64,000 nucleotides of DNA from Dehalococcoidia bacterium (lineage in GTDB: Bacteria; Chloroflexota; Dehalococcoidia; Lucifugimonadales; UBA3495), in NCBI GenBank assembly GCA_030740155.1, contig JASLXV010000069.1:98643-162642 (forward strand). The letters run 5' to 3'. This document shows positions 30,115 through 41,499 of this stretch, piece by piece. The stretch's first letter is position 1. Every line of letters starts with the position of its first letter. The translations under genes and the position numbers were made by a program. The notes below the pieces were generated by a model. The model saw nothing but the letters and a program-made list of their open reading frames with translations, made no database searches and was not told the origin of the DNA.

Positions 30115-30252
30115 TCCGAAGTCGGTGCCTGTTTGCCCGATTTGGAACGGGGCCGGGGATCGATACGTCCCCGGCGGACTTCGGGCCTCGGGCCGGCCAC
30201 CAAGGGGCCGGCGCCGGGAAAAAGACAAGAAGATCTGCTGGAAGGAGACGCC

Positions 30253-31590
30253 ATGATATACGAATCGGAGTCGGGCGACATCCTGATCGCCCTCACCGGC
30301 GAGGCGCTTATCGCCCGCAAGCTAGACGTGTTCAAAGAGGACCAGTTTCTGGCATTGCGGGAAAAGCTGATCAATGCCGACGTCACCTTCGGGAATGCCG
30401 AGTGCCTTTTCGAGGACTACTCGGACAGTCCGAACACCTACGCCGGTGGAGGGTCCGGCAGAGGGACCTACATGGCGGCGCCACCCGAGAGCATCGAACA
30501 GCTTCAGTGGATGGGCATCGACATCGTGTCGACGGCCAACAACCACTGTTCGGATTTCGGGGAAGGCGGCGTTCTGACCAACCTTGAGTTCCTCAACGAG
30601 TACGGGATGGCCCACGCCGGGACGGGCGCCAACTTAACGGAAGCCAGGGCGCCGGGGTACCTGGACACGCCCAAAGGCCGCGTGGCCCTCGTTGCCGCCG
30701 CCGACTGGGGCCCCAGAGGCACCGGCGGCTCGCCTTGGCCGTTTCCCATGGGTGTAATGGCGGGAGAACAAGCCCCCTACTCTCTGGGAAGGCCCGGGTG
30801 CAACCTGATCCGGCACAAGCCCAGGTTCACCGTGCCCAAGGATGTGTTCGACTCGCTAAAACGCATGGCCGGTGAGCTACATTTCGAGAATCAAGCCGGC
30901 GCCGGTGAAACCGAGTTCCTCTTCATGGGAAGTGAAGTCGTCTTGGGCGAGGATTTTTATCTGAGCACGGTGGCCGAACTGGATGACCTGGAGGACAATT
31001 TCCGTTGGGTTAGAGAGGCCCGCCGCCAGGCCGACTGGGTGATGTTCAGCTTCCACAACCACGGCGCCAGCAGGTCCGCCGAGACTCCCTCGGACCACAC
31101 CAGGATCCTGGCCCACGGCGTCATCGACAACGGCGCCGACCTGTTCATTGGCCACGGCCCGCACCGGGACCGGGGCATCGAGATCTATAACGGCAAGCCC
31201 ATTTTCTACGCCTTGGGCGACTTCATCTTGCAGAACGATAGCCTCCTGTGGGCGCCCTACGACGTCATGAAGCGGTTCGGGCTGGGCTACGAGCACACCC
31301 CAGCCGATTTCTACGACGAGCGGATCCGGCACGGCTGGAACGACAAGGTGGAAGGCTGGGAGAGTGTGGCGGTTACCTGCAAGTACGAGGCAAAGCAGCT
31401 GAAGGAGATCCGGCTGTATCCCGTGGACCTCGGCATGGGACGTCCCCGGGGCCAGGCGGGCCGTCCGGTTCTGGCGCAGCCCGGCAGCGAGGTGAACCAG
31501 CGGGTGCTGGAGCGGTTCCAGAGCATGTCGGCGACCTATGGGACGACGATTGAAATCGAGAGCGGAGTGGGCGTCATCTCAGTGTCCTAA
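30253..31590 (+). CDS. CapA/PgsA-family metallophosphoesterase-fold protein (cytoplasmic)
   Basis: GNAE, STANNHCSDFG, HNH, IGHGPH, YALGDF; no signal peptide; AAGGAG SD. Confidence 0.88.
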   Translation: MIYESESGDILIALTGEALIARKLDVFKEDQFLALREKLINADVTFGNAECLFEDYSDSPNTYAGGGSGRGTYMAAPPESIEQLQWMGIDIVSTANNHCSDFGEGGVLTNLEFLNEYGMAHAGTGANLTEARAPGYLDTPKGRVALVAAADWGPRGTGGSPWPFPMGVMAGEQAPYSLGRPGCNLIRHKPRFTVPKDVFDSLKRMAGELHFENQAGAGETEFLFMGSEVVLGEDFYLSTVAELDDLEDNFRWVREARRQADWVMFSFHNHGASRSAETPSDHTRILAHGVIDNGADLFIGHGPHRDRGIEIYNGKPIFYALGDFILQNDSLLWAPYDVMKRFGLGYEHTPADFYDERIRHGWNDKVEGWESVAVTCKYEAKQLKEIRLYPVDLGMGRPRGQAGRPVLAQPGSEVNQRVLERFQSMSATYGTTIEIESGVGVISVS

Positions 31591-32000
31591 GGTTCCACTC
31601 CCCTGGCGCCGGCCGGCGAGCGTTGGGCCCCGCCGGCGGTCCCGCGGCCCGCGAGCGCGAGTCCGGCTTCGAAAAGCCGTCGATTCACCGGGAAGGGTGT
31701 CCAAGCGGCCGGGATGGTTCACCAATGAGTATCATCCCGGTCCACATGTTTGGAGAGGTGCCGTGCTTCCACGACGCCGCTCTAATGCTACATTTTGTCA
31801 CTCAGCCCGGCGCTACCGGTACTTTCAAGTCGCCAGAGCTGTTCCAATGATGCTACCCACCCGGTGCCGCGGCAACCACGGCCAGAGCCTATGACTTCGA
31901 CCGCGCTCTCTGAGGTGGCCCGGAACGCATGGTCCTCCGATGCTAGCTAGCCCATAGGCCCGAGACGACTCCCTTTGAAAGCACCTTTTCAGATAGTCGC

Positions 32001-35000
32001 TTAGGCGTCCAATAGTTCTCGCAGTTTGCGCGTCAAGGCTTCGGATAGAAATGGCTTTTGCAGGAAGGCGATCCCGGGTTCCGGCGCCGCGTAGTCGAAG
32101 ACGGCTTTATCGGTATAACCAGACATAAAGATCACCTTGGAGTTCTGCCGCCCGGCCTTGAACCGTTCCGCTAGCTCTATGCCGCCCATTCGGGGCATCA
32201 CGATATCGGTCACCAGGGCGTGAATTACATTTCCGTTGTTTCCCTCGGCCATCCTCAGGGCTTCTTCGCCATTGGCCGCCTCCAGCACGTGGTAGCCCCG
32301 GTCTCGAAGCTCATAGCTGACGAGGCTGAGCAACAGCGGTTCGTCTTCGGCCAAGAGCACCGTCTCGGTCCCCTGGGGAGCGCAGTCGTAACCGGCGCTG
32401 ATCTCCGGAGGTTTGGCAAGTTCCTCGGCCCGGGGGATGTAAATCTTGAAGGTGGTCCCTCGGCCCGGATCACTCCGAACCTCGATGTGGCCGCCATTCT
32501 GTTTAATTGCACCGTAGCAGGTAGCCAAACCCAGGCCGGTGCCCTTTCCGACCTCTTTGGTGGTGAAGAACGGCTCGAAAATCCGGCCTCTTACCTCGTC
32601 GGTCATCCCCTTGCCGGTATCGCTCACGGTCAGCGTCACGTATTCGCCCGGAGAGATGCCGCCCAGTTGGCTGGCTTGCTCCGCACCCAAGGCCACGTTG
32701 GCCGTCTCGATCATGAACTTGCCACCGTCCGGCATGGAATCCCGGGCGTTGATCGCCAGGTTCATCAGGACCTGCTCCATCTGGGTCGGGTCCGATTTGA
32801 GCGGCACCGGATCGGTAGCCAGCAAGATCACCAATTCAATCTCGGCTTCCAAGAGGCACCGGAGCATCTTGTCGAAATCGATGACAAGGTCGTTGAGGTC
32901 AAATACTTTCGGTTCGATTGGCTGGCGCCGGGAGAAGACCAGCAACTGGCGAGTTAGCTTGGTGGCGCGGTCGGCAGCCTGCATGATTGACTGAAGGTGG
33001 TCGGAAATCGGATGGCTTGGCGGAAGGGCTGCGCCGCTCATCCGGGCATAGCCGACGATGGCGGTGAGCATGTTGTTGAAGTCGTGAGCCACCCCACTTG
33101 CCAGCTGTCCCATGGATTCCATCTTCCGGGACTGGAGCAGCTGCTCCTCCAGGGACTTGCGCTCGGTGATGTCCTCCTGGACGGCGACGAAGTGGGTAAT
33201 GGCTCCCTGGGGATCCCTGACGGGAGAAATGGTCTCCATCGCCCAATAGAGGCCCCCATCTTTCTGGCGGTTACGAAGCTCGCCGCGCCATTCGTCGCCG
33301 GCGAGGATCGTGTTCCAAAGCTGATGGTATTGATCTTGTGTCGTCCAGCCGGATTTTAAGATTCGAGGAGTCTTTCCTCGAACCTCTTCCACTGTGTAGC
33401 CGGTGATTCGGGTGTAGGAGGGGTTGATGTACTCTATAGTTCCATTGACATCGGTGATCACCACCGCGAAGGGGCTTTGGTCCACGGCCTGGGATACCTT
33501 GCGGAGTTGCTCCTCAAGGGACTTGCGCTCAGTGATGTCGCGTACCAGAGCCACTATGCAGGTCCTACCTCCAATATCGATGGATGAAGCCGAGATTTCA
33601 GCCGATAGCGAGTCGCCGGCTCTCGTCACACAGTTGAGGTGGTCCGTCCATCCATCACCGGTCTCGATGACCCCGCGGAAGAACTCTCGTAGCTGAGGCA
33701 AATCGTTGCCGTGGATAGCGGCAGGATGAAGATTGAACAATTCTCCCGGGGAATATCCGAGCATGGCAGATGCCTGGTGATTCGCGTCGATAATCCGGTC
33801 GAGCCTCGGGTCGACCAGTAGTATGGCGTCATTGGAGTGCTCGAAGATCTTACGGAACCGCTCCTCGCCCTCGCGGAGCGCCTCTTCCGCCCGCTTTCGC
33901 TCGGCGTAAAGCTGGGCGATGGCGATGGTGCCGGCTATCTGGTTCGCCACGCTCTCAAGAAGTGCGATGTGGCGGTCTGAGTAGGCGTTTGGGTCGCTCG
34001 ATCTCAGGTTCAGAACCCCGATCACACGCTCGCTCGACACCAAAGGGACGGAGAGAAAGGACCGCATTCCGGCGTCAAAGTTCCCAGCCAAGCCGGGGAA
34101 CCGGCTTACCAGCTCTGACCTATCCTCCGCCCGGATGTGCAGGCTTGCCTTGGCGCGGACAACGGCTTCGGCCTGGGTTCCGGCGAGGGGCCGGGGCACT
34201 GAGGGCCCCCGGTCTGTGACGTCCGTCCCGCCGAAGTATAGCTTCGTGAAGGTATTTTGTTCGAGATCAACGACGTTGACCCGGATTCTCTCGAAGTGGA
34301 ATAGAGTACGAAGTTGCTCGGCAAAGTGTTCGAAGACCTCGTCCAGGTTAAGGGAAGAGCTGACGATGCGGCCGATGGCGGCGATCACCTCATTCTCATG
34401 GGCCAACTGCCGCGCCGATTCCTCGCTCTGCTTCAGGGCATCCTCCGCTGCCTTCCGGTCGGTGATGTCGCTACCATATACCTGACCGATGCCAAGGTCT
34501 GGTTCGCCCCTGAAAACGAAATGAAAATACCGGTCACCCACCTGGGCCGAATGCGACATGACCAGGCCCCGTTGAATACACTTCTTCAGGTCCAAGGCTG
34601 CCGTGCTGGGCAGCAGCGATACCAGCGGCATCCGCTCGTTCGACCCCTCTCCCAGAATGGCGACGGCGGCAGGGTTGGCGGTAAGGACCAAGCCGTCGGA
34701 ATCAAAGCGCAGCACGGGAGCCGGGTTCAGTTGGGGAAAGAGGGCCAACTCCCTGATACGGTGCTCCAGTTGGCCCTCGGCCCACTTGCGCTCGGTGATG
34801 TTTTCCACGGTACCCACATAGCCGGTCAGCTTGCCTTCAGAGGAGAACAAACACCGGCCCCGCTCGGAAACCCAAAGTACTGCTCCCTGTCGCGTCGCCA
34901 ACTGGTACTCGGCCGAGAACTCACGGTTATCCGCGACCGCCTCGGTCCGCGCTTTGAACACCCATTCCCGGTCATCCGGATGAGCCACCTGGCTCCAGTC

Positions 35001-35843
35001 GCCTGCCAGGCACTCTTCAAGGGTTAGCCCGAATATGGTCTGCAGCGCCTTGTTAGCGTAAGTGAACCCACCGGCGGCGTCCGTCCGAAAGATACCGATG
35101 GGCGCCGCGGCGCTGAGGGTGCGGAACCGCTCTTCGCTCTCTCGCAGCGCCATCTCGGCCTGCTTGCGCTGCGTGATATCGCGGATCACGCTGAGAAGCG
35201 CCGGTGTGCCCGCATAATCGATGAGCCGCGACATGATTTCCACGGGAAGGATGCGCCCATCCTTCTTCAAAATGCGATACTCAGCGAAGGAGACAGGCTC
35301 CCCCTTAAAGAGGGCGAGCATTCGCTTCGAGGCGTGCTCCCGGTCCTCTGGAACGACGAAGCCTTCCGGGGGCCGGCCCAGCATCTCTCCCGCGGGGTAC
35401 CCGGTCAGCAGGCACAAAGCGGGATTGGCATACACGATGCTTCGCTCAACGGTCAAAGCGATGCCGTCGGGGTAGTTCTGCAGCAATATGCCCTGCTGCT
35501 TCTCCGTCGCCCGCAACGAAGCCTCGGCCCGCTTGCGGTACAGAACCAGCGATGCGGCAACCCAGATCACGAACACGGCGAGAGTGCGGTTGAAGATTAC
35601 TTTCCACTCCTCGCCACCGGGGGGAGACAAGGAAAATCCCAGGACGGTCAGCGCCGTGCCCGCGATGGCGAAACCGACGGCGTACCGTCGCTGGGGCAAC
35701 CAAAGGGAGAGCAACACGGGAGCCATGTACGGCACGCCACCCGCCACACCCAAGGGAATGGACATGTCCAGCAAGAAGGTCGCAGCGAACAGAAGGGCAG
35801 CCAAGGGATACAGCCATTTGACGCTCTTCTTTGCGGTGTTCAT
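32001..35843 (-). CDS. Membrane-bound multi-PAS/GAF hybrid sensor histidine kinase with receiver domain
   Basis: N-terminal TM helices, repeated DITERK PAC ends, GAF, H-box VAHDFNN, NARDSM, FFTTK, GTGLGL, receiver AEDE...TDIVMP...QKPF. Confidence 0.95.
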   Translation of the reverse strand: MNTAKKSVKWLYPLAALLFAATFLLDMSIPLGVAGGVPYMAPVLLSLWLPQRRYAVGFAIAGTALTVLGFSLSPPGGEEWKVIFNRTLAVFVIWVAASLVLYRKRAEASLRATEKQQGILLQNYPDGIALTVERSIVYANPALCLLTGYPAGEMLGRPPEGFVVPEDREHASKRMLALFKGEPVSFAEYRILKKDGRILPVEIMSRLIDYAGTPALLSVIRDITQRKQAEMALRESEERFRTLSAAAPIGIFRTDAAGGFTYANKALQTIFGLTLEECLAGDWSQVAHPDDREWVFKARTEAVADNREFSAEYQLATRQGAVLWVSERGRCLFSSEGKLTGYVGTVENITERKWAEGQLEHRIRELALFPQLNPAPVLRFDSDGLVLTANPAAVAILGEGSNERMPLVSLLPSTAALDLKKCIQRGLVMSHSAQVGDRYFHFVFRGEPDLGIGQVYGSDITDRKAAEDALKQSEESARQLAHENEVIAAIGRIVSSSLNLDEVFEHFAEQLRTLFHFERIRVNVVDLEQNTFTKLYFGGTDVTDRGPSVPRPLAGTQAEAVVRAKASLHIRAEDRSELVSRFPGLAGNFDAGMRSFLSVPLVSSERVIGVLNLRSSDPNAYSDRHIALLESVANQIAGTIAIAQLYAERKRAEEALREGEERFRKIFEHSNDAILLVDPRLDRIIDANHQASAMLGYSPGELFNLHPAAIHGNDLPQLREFFRGVIETGDGWTDHLNCVTRAGDSLSAEISASSIDIGGRTCIVALVRDITERKSLEEQLRKVSQAVDQSPFAVVITDVNGTIEYINPSYTRITGYTVEEVRGKTPRILKSGWTTQDQYHQLWNTILAGDEWRGELRNRQKDGGLYWAMETISPVRDPQGAITHFVAVQEDITERKSLEEQLLQSRKMESMGQLASGVAHDFNNMLTAIVGYARMSGAALPPSHPISDHLQSIMQAADRATKLTRQLLVFSRRQPIEPKVFDLNDLVIDFDKMLRCLLEAEIELVILLATDPVPLKSDPTQMEQVLMNLAINARDSMPDGGKFMIETANVALGAEQASQLGGISPGEYVTLTVSDTGKGMTDEVRGRIFEPFFTTKEVGKGTGLGLATCYGAIKQNGGHIEVRSDPGRGTTFKIYIPRAEELAKPPEISAGYDCAPQGTETVLLAEDEPLLLSLVSYELRDRGYHVLEAANGEEALRMAEGNNGNVIHALVTDIVMPRMGGIELAERFKAGRQNSKVIFMSGYTDKAVFDYAAPEPGIAFLQKPFLSEALTRKLRELLDA

Positions 35844-36671
35844 AACGTCCGTCTCCTGGCCGCCCAAGATTCCATCAGAATATCCGCCAGAATATCCGCG
35901 AATTGTCTTCCTCCCCTAACCCCACCTTCGTACCCGCTACCTTGCTGGAAACGCAATCATGAACTCCACCCCGGCGTAGCCTCAGGGGTCGACGGTGCCG
36001 CCCCCTCTTCCACCAACTCTGCCGCTTCGAAAGGGAAACAGATCCTGTCGGAGAATGAGCAATGGTGCCATCGCAACTATTTCGCCCAACCCGATGAGGC
36101 GTTACCGGTTCGCATACCAAATTCCCTCCTCGGCGGTCGCAATAAGGCAGGACGATTCGACACGAAGAGCCTCGTCTTCCGGCCCTGGACTCCACCAAGG
36201 AGAGGTAACATCGTCCTTGGTTTAATCCAGACCTCGGAGCCAACGTGGCGTTGCGAGTCGTCTTCGGCGCAGCGCCATTGCTTGGGGACGGTTGGGCGTC
36301 GCACCCTTGATGGACCCAGGCGTCCGATTGTTTGGGCCTACGGGGGGTGGACCCGGAACAGGACCAGAAAGGGCGCCGCCTGCTTTTCGCTCCTTCTTCA
36401 CAATGTGTTCACAATTTGACGTTACTATCCAAGAAAGGTGCCCGGCAGTGTGCCTGTACCCTTCCGGGAGAGTGGTGTTCCCCTAACGAGGTGATTCGGT
36501 CCATGTTGGGGTTCGAGGGCAGGTTGCCGGCAGAACCTTCACCTGGGCTCCCTTGGCTGCGGAAGCTCCCGCTTGCTCTCCAGTGGCGGAGAAGATAAGG
36601 TTGCCTTGACTGAATTTCAGGACCCTTAAACCTGACATTCTCCCAGACCTACGATAAAGGGGGCAGCCATT

Positions 36672-38342
36672 GTGGTTGCGATAGAGGTGCTTAATCCGGT
36701 GGCGCAACGGCTTGCCGATTTCCGTAGAGCTGCGGGCGCCCCTCGCCCATCGAACTTGGAAGGGAAGCGCATTGGGCTGCTGTGGAACTCGAAACGCGGT
36801 GGCGACGTGGCGCTGGAAACCATCGGAACAGCCCTGCAGGACCGGTTTCCGGGGACGGCCCTGGTGAAGGTCTGGGGAGTTATGGGCAATCCTGAGCCAA
36901 CGTTCACCAAGGTAGTGCGGGAGTGTGATGTTGTCATCGGGGCCACGGGCGATTGAGGCTACTGCACGGTCAGCCTTGTGCAAGACCTGATTAAGATCGA
37001 GGGGAGAGGGATTCCTACAGTAGCCATAGTTGCCAAATCCTTCGAGGCCCAAACCAGAGCATCAGCGCATGGACTCGGATTGCTGGGCTTTCCTTACGCC
37101 ATGGTGAAAGACTGTTTGACGGGGCTGTCTCCGGAGGAGATCACGAGACAGGCCGGCGAAGCTGTCCCAGCGGTAATCGAGGGACTCACAAAGAGCCTCG
37201 GCGACGAGGCGGTCAGCATCGACGTCCTTCGGCCTGAACCCACGGCAGCGGAGCGGTTCGAGGCGGGGGACCATTTCAAGGCTTTCCAGGCAATCAACAG
37301 AGCGTTCCTGGAGCGCGGCTGGGCCGATGGGTTTCCCCTTTGGCCTGCAACGCGAGAAGCCACTGACGAGATGTTAGCTGGGACTACCCGGCCGCCTCAG
37401 GACATCGTCGGGATCCTCAGCCCCGGTCACGGCTTAGCAACGGTGGAGAAAATCGCGGTAAATGCGGTTATGGCCGGATGCTCGCCGTCGCACATGCCGG
37501 TCCTGATTGCCATTGTCGAGGCGGTTTCAAATCCGCCATTCCCTCTTGGGCCAGTGTCCTGCTCCACCGGCCCCCATGCTCCTCTCGTGCTGATCAACGG
37601 CCCCATTGCCAAACAGCTTGGAATCAATGCTGGCGGCTGTGCGCTGGGACCGGGCGCCCAGTCGAAAGTCAACATTGCTATCGGGAGGGCCCTGAGGCTC
37701 ATCATCATGAACATTGGCCACGCCTACCCCGGGCAGGGCGACATGGATACTCTGGGGAGCGCTTGTAAGTTCAGTCTATGCCTCGCGGAGAACGAAGAGG
37801 CCAGCCCGTGGCCGCCGTACCACGTCACTCAAGGGTTTTCTCCCGAGTCCAGTACGGTGACCGTGTTTGGCATCCGCGACATGATAGACATCAATGAAAT
37901 GTGGAACCATACCGCGGAGGGGATCGTTACGACGGTGGCGGCGTTCGCCTCGATACCGGGCGGAGAGTACTTGACAGGCCGCTTCGCCGAGAACGACTCG
38001 ATACCGCTGATCGCCTGGCACGCTTTACTGATTCTATGCCCGGACCATGCACGGTCTATTTATCGGAGCGGGTGGACCAGGGAGCACGTGGAAGAGTTTT
38101 TCTATCATCGGGCCCAGGCGCCTCTGAAGAACCTGCTCAGCCGGGTGAAGGCGACTCCCTCGGAGATTCGACCGATTTATCGCTGGACCTTGGACGCGCC
38201 ACCCGAGATGACCATGCCGGTGCTCCAGTCACCCAAGGACCTGCACGTGGTGGTAGCCGGCGCCTCCAGCAGCGCCGGCAAATCTCAGTACGTGCGGCTC
38301 ATTGGGCAACCGTCGGCCACAGTGGAGATTATGGCCTGGTGA
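36672..38342 (+). CDS. UGSC-family selenoprotein (Sec at TGA 36954-36956, U-G-Y-C) fused to its conserved partner domain
   Basis: ORFs 36672-36956 and 36978-38342 are in frame across one TGA: VIGATGD-U-GYCTVSLVQDLIKIEGRGIPTV; partner motifs GWADGFP, EKIAVNAVMAGC, IGRALRL. Confidence 0.85.
36957..36982 (+). other. Candidate bacterial SECIS hairpin
   Basis: TGCAC-GG-tcag-CC-tt-GTGCA stem starting 6 nt after the TGA. Confidence 0.5.
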
Positions 38343-38593
38343 ACGAAAGGGTTGCGGGGCAGTCAACGGCGTGCGCTGGACAAAGCATGTAGAGGCCACC
38401 CTCGCGATGTCTGAGATGGCCCGCTGGCTGGCCCGACTGGCTGCGCAAGATGATGAATATACTATGATGTCCCCGGCTGGACCGCTCCCGCCGGAGGTCC
38501 CACCGTTGTCTGAAGGTGGGCCATGGGATGCCAATTGCCGGCTCCGCCCCAAACCTGCGCCGTTCTTCGGCGCCCCGGATGGAGGGTGATTCC

Positions 38594-39916
38594 ATGACGT
38601 GCTCAAGCTGTGAGAGGGAAAACCGTCGAGACGCCAATTACTGTGACGCTTGCGGAATGAAACTAGCCGCACCCATGAATGGCGACGGCGGGATCGCAGG
38701 CAAAACGGGGCCGCTGGACGGCATTCGGGTAATTGACTGGACAGCGTACCAGTTCGGCCCGGTATCCACCATGATGTTGGCGGACCTGGGCGCCGAGGTC
38801 ATCAAGGTGGAGTCCTTGAATGGCGACCCCGGCAGGAATACCAACCGGATCAGCCAATTGCCCTCGCAACTCCCTGCCGGCGTCAGCGCCTATTTCGAGT
38901 CTTTGAACCGGCAGAAGAAGAGTATCGCCCTGGACCTCAAGAACCCAAAGGGTGTCGAAGTCATGTACCGGCTGGTGGCGAAATCGGACGTATTTGTCCA
39001 GAACTTCCGCCAAGGTGTCGCGGAACGGTTGGGCTTGGGATATGAAGACCTGGTCGAGCACAACCCGAAGATCGTATACGGCGCCGCTACCGGCTACGGC
39101 CCGAAGGGCCCCGATTCCCGTAAGCCCGCGTTCGCGCTAACCGGTGAAGCCAGGTCTGGGTCCCTGTGGTGGGGCGGCCCGGACGATGATCTACCCTACA
39201 ACCTTGGAAGTATTGCCGACCAGATGGCCGGGATAATGCTCTCCTACGGGATATTGGGCGGTCTGGTCGCCAGAGAGAGGCTTGGAATTGGCCAGAAAGT
39301 CGACGCGTCCCACCTCGGAGGCATGATGTGGCTGGGTGGCAAACGGTATGGCATGGCCTTGATTACGAAGAACGCGCCGCTGCGTCAGACCCGCGCCTCG
39401 GCCCGCAATCCCCTGTGGAATTACTACAAGTGCAAGGACGGCCGGTGGATAGCGCTTTCCATGAATCAGACCGACCGCTATATGCCTTTATTCTGCAAAG
39501 CCATCAGCAGGCCTCACCTTGCCGAAGACGAGCGGTTCAACAACATGGCGGCCCTCCTCGAGAATAGTAAGGAGTTGATCGACATCCTGGACGACATATT
39601 TGCCACCAAGACCCAGGGTGAATGGAAAAAAGTGCTGTCTGAAGCGGAAGGGATCATCTGGGAGCTGGTTCAGGACGTGTTTGACCTGCCGGATGACCCC
39701 CAAGTAATTGCGAATAACTACATCGTCGACTTCGACCACCCTGCGCTGGGTCCCTCCAAATGGCTGCAAACTCCGGTGGGCTACAGCAAGATGCCACTGT
39801 CTACCAGAAAGATGGCTCCGGCCCACGGCGAGCATACAGCGGAGGTCCTGATCGATATGCTGGGGTACGACCGGGATGACATCGCGACGCTACGTGATGA
39901 AAGAGTCATTTTATAA
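38594..39916 (+). CDS. Family III CoA-transferase (CaiB/BaiF) with N-terminal zinc ribbon
   Basis: CSSC...CDAC N-terminus; PLDGIRVID, LADLGAEVIKVE, NRQKKSIALDLK, NFRQG, catalytic D in IADQ, AP.HGEH. Confidence 0.9.
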   Translation: MTCSSCERENRRDANYCDACGMKLAAPMNGDGGIAGKTGPLDGIRVIDWTAYQFGPVSTMMLADLGAEVIKVESLNGDPGRNTNRISQLPSQLPAGVSAYFESLNRQKKSIALDLKNPKGVEVMYRLVAKSDVFVQNFRQGVAERLGLGYEDLVEHNPKIVYGAATGYGPKGPDSRKPAFALTGEARSGSLWWGGPDDDLPYNLGSIADQMAGIMLSYGILGGLVARERLGIGQKVDASHLGGMMWLGGKRYGMALITKNAPLRQTRASARNPLWNYYKCKDGRWIALSMNQTDRYMPLFCKAISRPHLAEDERFNNMAALLENSKELIDILDDIFATKTQGEWKKVLSEAEGIIWELVQDVFDLPDDPQVIANNYIVDFDHPALGPSKWLQTPVGYSKMPLSTRKMAPAHGEHTAEVLIDMLGYDRDDIATLRDERVIL

Positions 39917-40151
39917 AGCCAGGCGCCGCAGCCGGGTTTGATCGCATCGGCACTAGATCCATGGCTTCGGGCGGCTCCACTACCTGGGGAAACTACCACT
40001 TGCTCTCCAGAGTTGGAGAGGATACAGTTGCCCTGACCAATTCGCTGAACAGTTAACCCTGACATCTACCCTGGTCCACGACACGACCGGGTGTTTTGAA
40101 TTCCTGGCTCCACGTAGGGAGCCCGGGAGGCGCGGGGCCGAGGAGCGGCAA

Positions 40152-41414
40152 ATAGACGCACGTACCCAACTGTCCCGGCTGGCCCGCATCCGGACCTTCG
40201 ATTCTCTGCGACTATTCCGGGACTACCGTTACCTGTGGGCGGGCAACTTTTGTGCCAACTGCGCCCAGTGGCTTCAACTACTTTCGGTAGGCTGGCTGGT
40301 ACGGGACCTCACCGTTTCTTCAGGGTCTTCAGCGCTTCTGGTGGTAAGCGCCGGGGGATTGAACACCCTTCCTATATTATTCTTGGGTCCCTGGGGCGGA
40401 GTCCTGGGCGACCGCCTCAGCCGCAGGAACCTGGTGATGGCGTTCCAAGCCTTCATGGCCTGCGCGGCCCTCTTATTCGCCTTCCTGGTGTGGTCTGGGC
40501 ACGTGGAGTGGTGGCATGCCTACGTGTATGTGATCATCGGCGGTTCATGCCGGGCCGTCACCCACTCCATGAGGCTGGCGTTGGTGGCGAATACCGTTCC
40601 CAGGGAATATGTTGTCAATGCAGTTGCCGCCAACGTGTTCACGATCGGGGGGACCCGCATGATCGGCCCGTTTATCGGTGGCTTCCTGATCGCTACTCTG
40701 GGGTTCTTCTGGAACTTCGTTTTCGAGTCCGCGTTGTATGCGGGCACAGTGTTGGCTTTTTGGCACATGAGGACACCGTACTCCTTCCGAAGCGCTTCCA
40801 CGGTGAGGGTCTCCCCGCTGGCCAGCTTGAAAGAGGGGCTCAGGTACGTGTGGAAGGGGGAAAGGGTGATCTTCAACCTCATTGTGCTGGGTTTCATCCC
40901 CAACGCAATCCTCCATCCGGTCCTGTTCCTGCTGCCCGTATTCACCGCCGAGGTGCTGCACGGCGGTCCCGGCATCGGAGGGATCCTCCTGTCAACCACC
41001 GGGCTCGGCGGTTTCATCGCCGCCCTCGCCATAGCCTCTGGCGGGTTCCAGTCCAGGAGGGGATTCATCTGTCTGGGGGCGATAGCCGCGAGTTCCATCT
41101 TCGCCATTCTCTTCTCCCAGGCCAGCTGGGTGGTGGCGGCGATGCTGCTGGTCGGGTTGATGTCGTTCGCCCAGGCGACCTTTCGCACGACTTCGGGCTC
41201 AGTGATCCAGCTCATGACGCCCGATGCGCTACGGGGACGGGTAACCTCGTTACAGCAGTTTGGCCAGGGGTTCTTGATTCTAACCACCTTGCTCATCGGC
41301 TGGTTCGCAGACTTGACCACGGTCGTCATCGCGATCATGAGCATCGGCGCCATGGGTTTGGGCTTGGCGATTTTCTCCGGCATCGCCCTCCCCCGGGTGC
41401 GCCAGCTAGCGTAG
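40152..41414 (+). CDS. MFS transporter (EntS/MefA-like), probable non-canonical start
   Basis: Frame stays open upstream of 40341 and encodes TM1 (RDYRYLWAGNFCANCAQWLQLLSVGWLV); G.LGDRLSRR; PDALRGRV; AGGAG then ATA at 40152. Confidence 0.8.
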   Translation: MDARTQLSRLARIRTFDSLRLFRDYRYLWAGNFCANCAQWLQLLSVGWLVRDLTVSSGSSALLVVSAGGLNTLPILFLGPWGGVLGDRLSRRNLVMAFQAFMACAALLFAFLVWSGHVEWWHAYVYVIIGGSCRAVTHSMRLALVANTVPREYVVNAVAANVFTIGGTRMIGPFIGGFLIATLGFFWNFVFESALYAGTVLAFWHMRTPYSFRSASTVRVSPLASLKEGLRYVWKGERVIFNLIVLGFIPNAILHPVLFLLPVFTAEVLHGGPGIGGILLSTTGLGGFIAALAIASGGFQSRRGFICLGAIAASSIFAILFSQASWVVAAMLLVGLMSFAQATFRTTSGSVIQLMTPDALRGRVTSLQQFGQGFLILTTLLIGWFADLTTVVIAIMSIGAMGLGLAIFSGIALPRVRQLA

Positions 41415-41499
41415 CGTAAGGGCATGGGAAAGAAGAAGCCGGTCTCGCAAATGCAGTCCAACTGACTGAACCCACCTCAGGGCTGCGCCCGGCCAGTGG

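Noticed and set aside
30253..31590. Poly-gamma-glutamate capsule locus
   Set aside because: No capB/capC neighbours and no membrane anchor; only the CapA fold is supported
35875..36600. Several short overlapping ORFs between the kinase and the UGSC gene
   Set aside because: No family motifs or consistent codon pattern; treated as intergenic
36954..36956. TGA as a true stop or pseudogene lesion (also 44776-44778)
   Set aside because: Both fall at known Sec positions, homology continues in frame and hairpins follow
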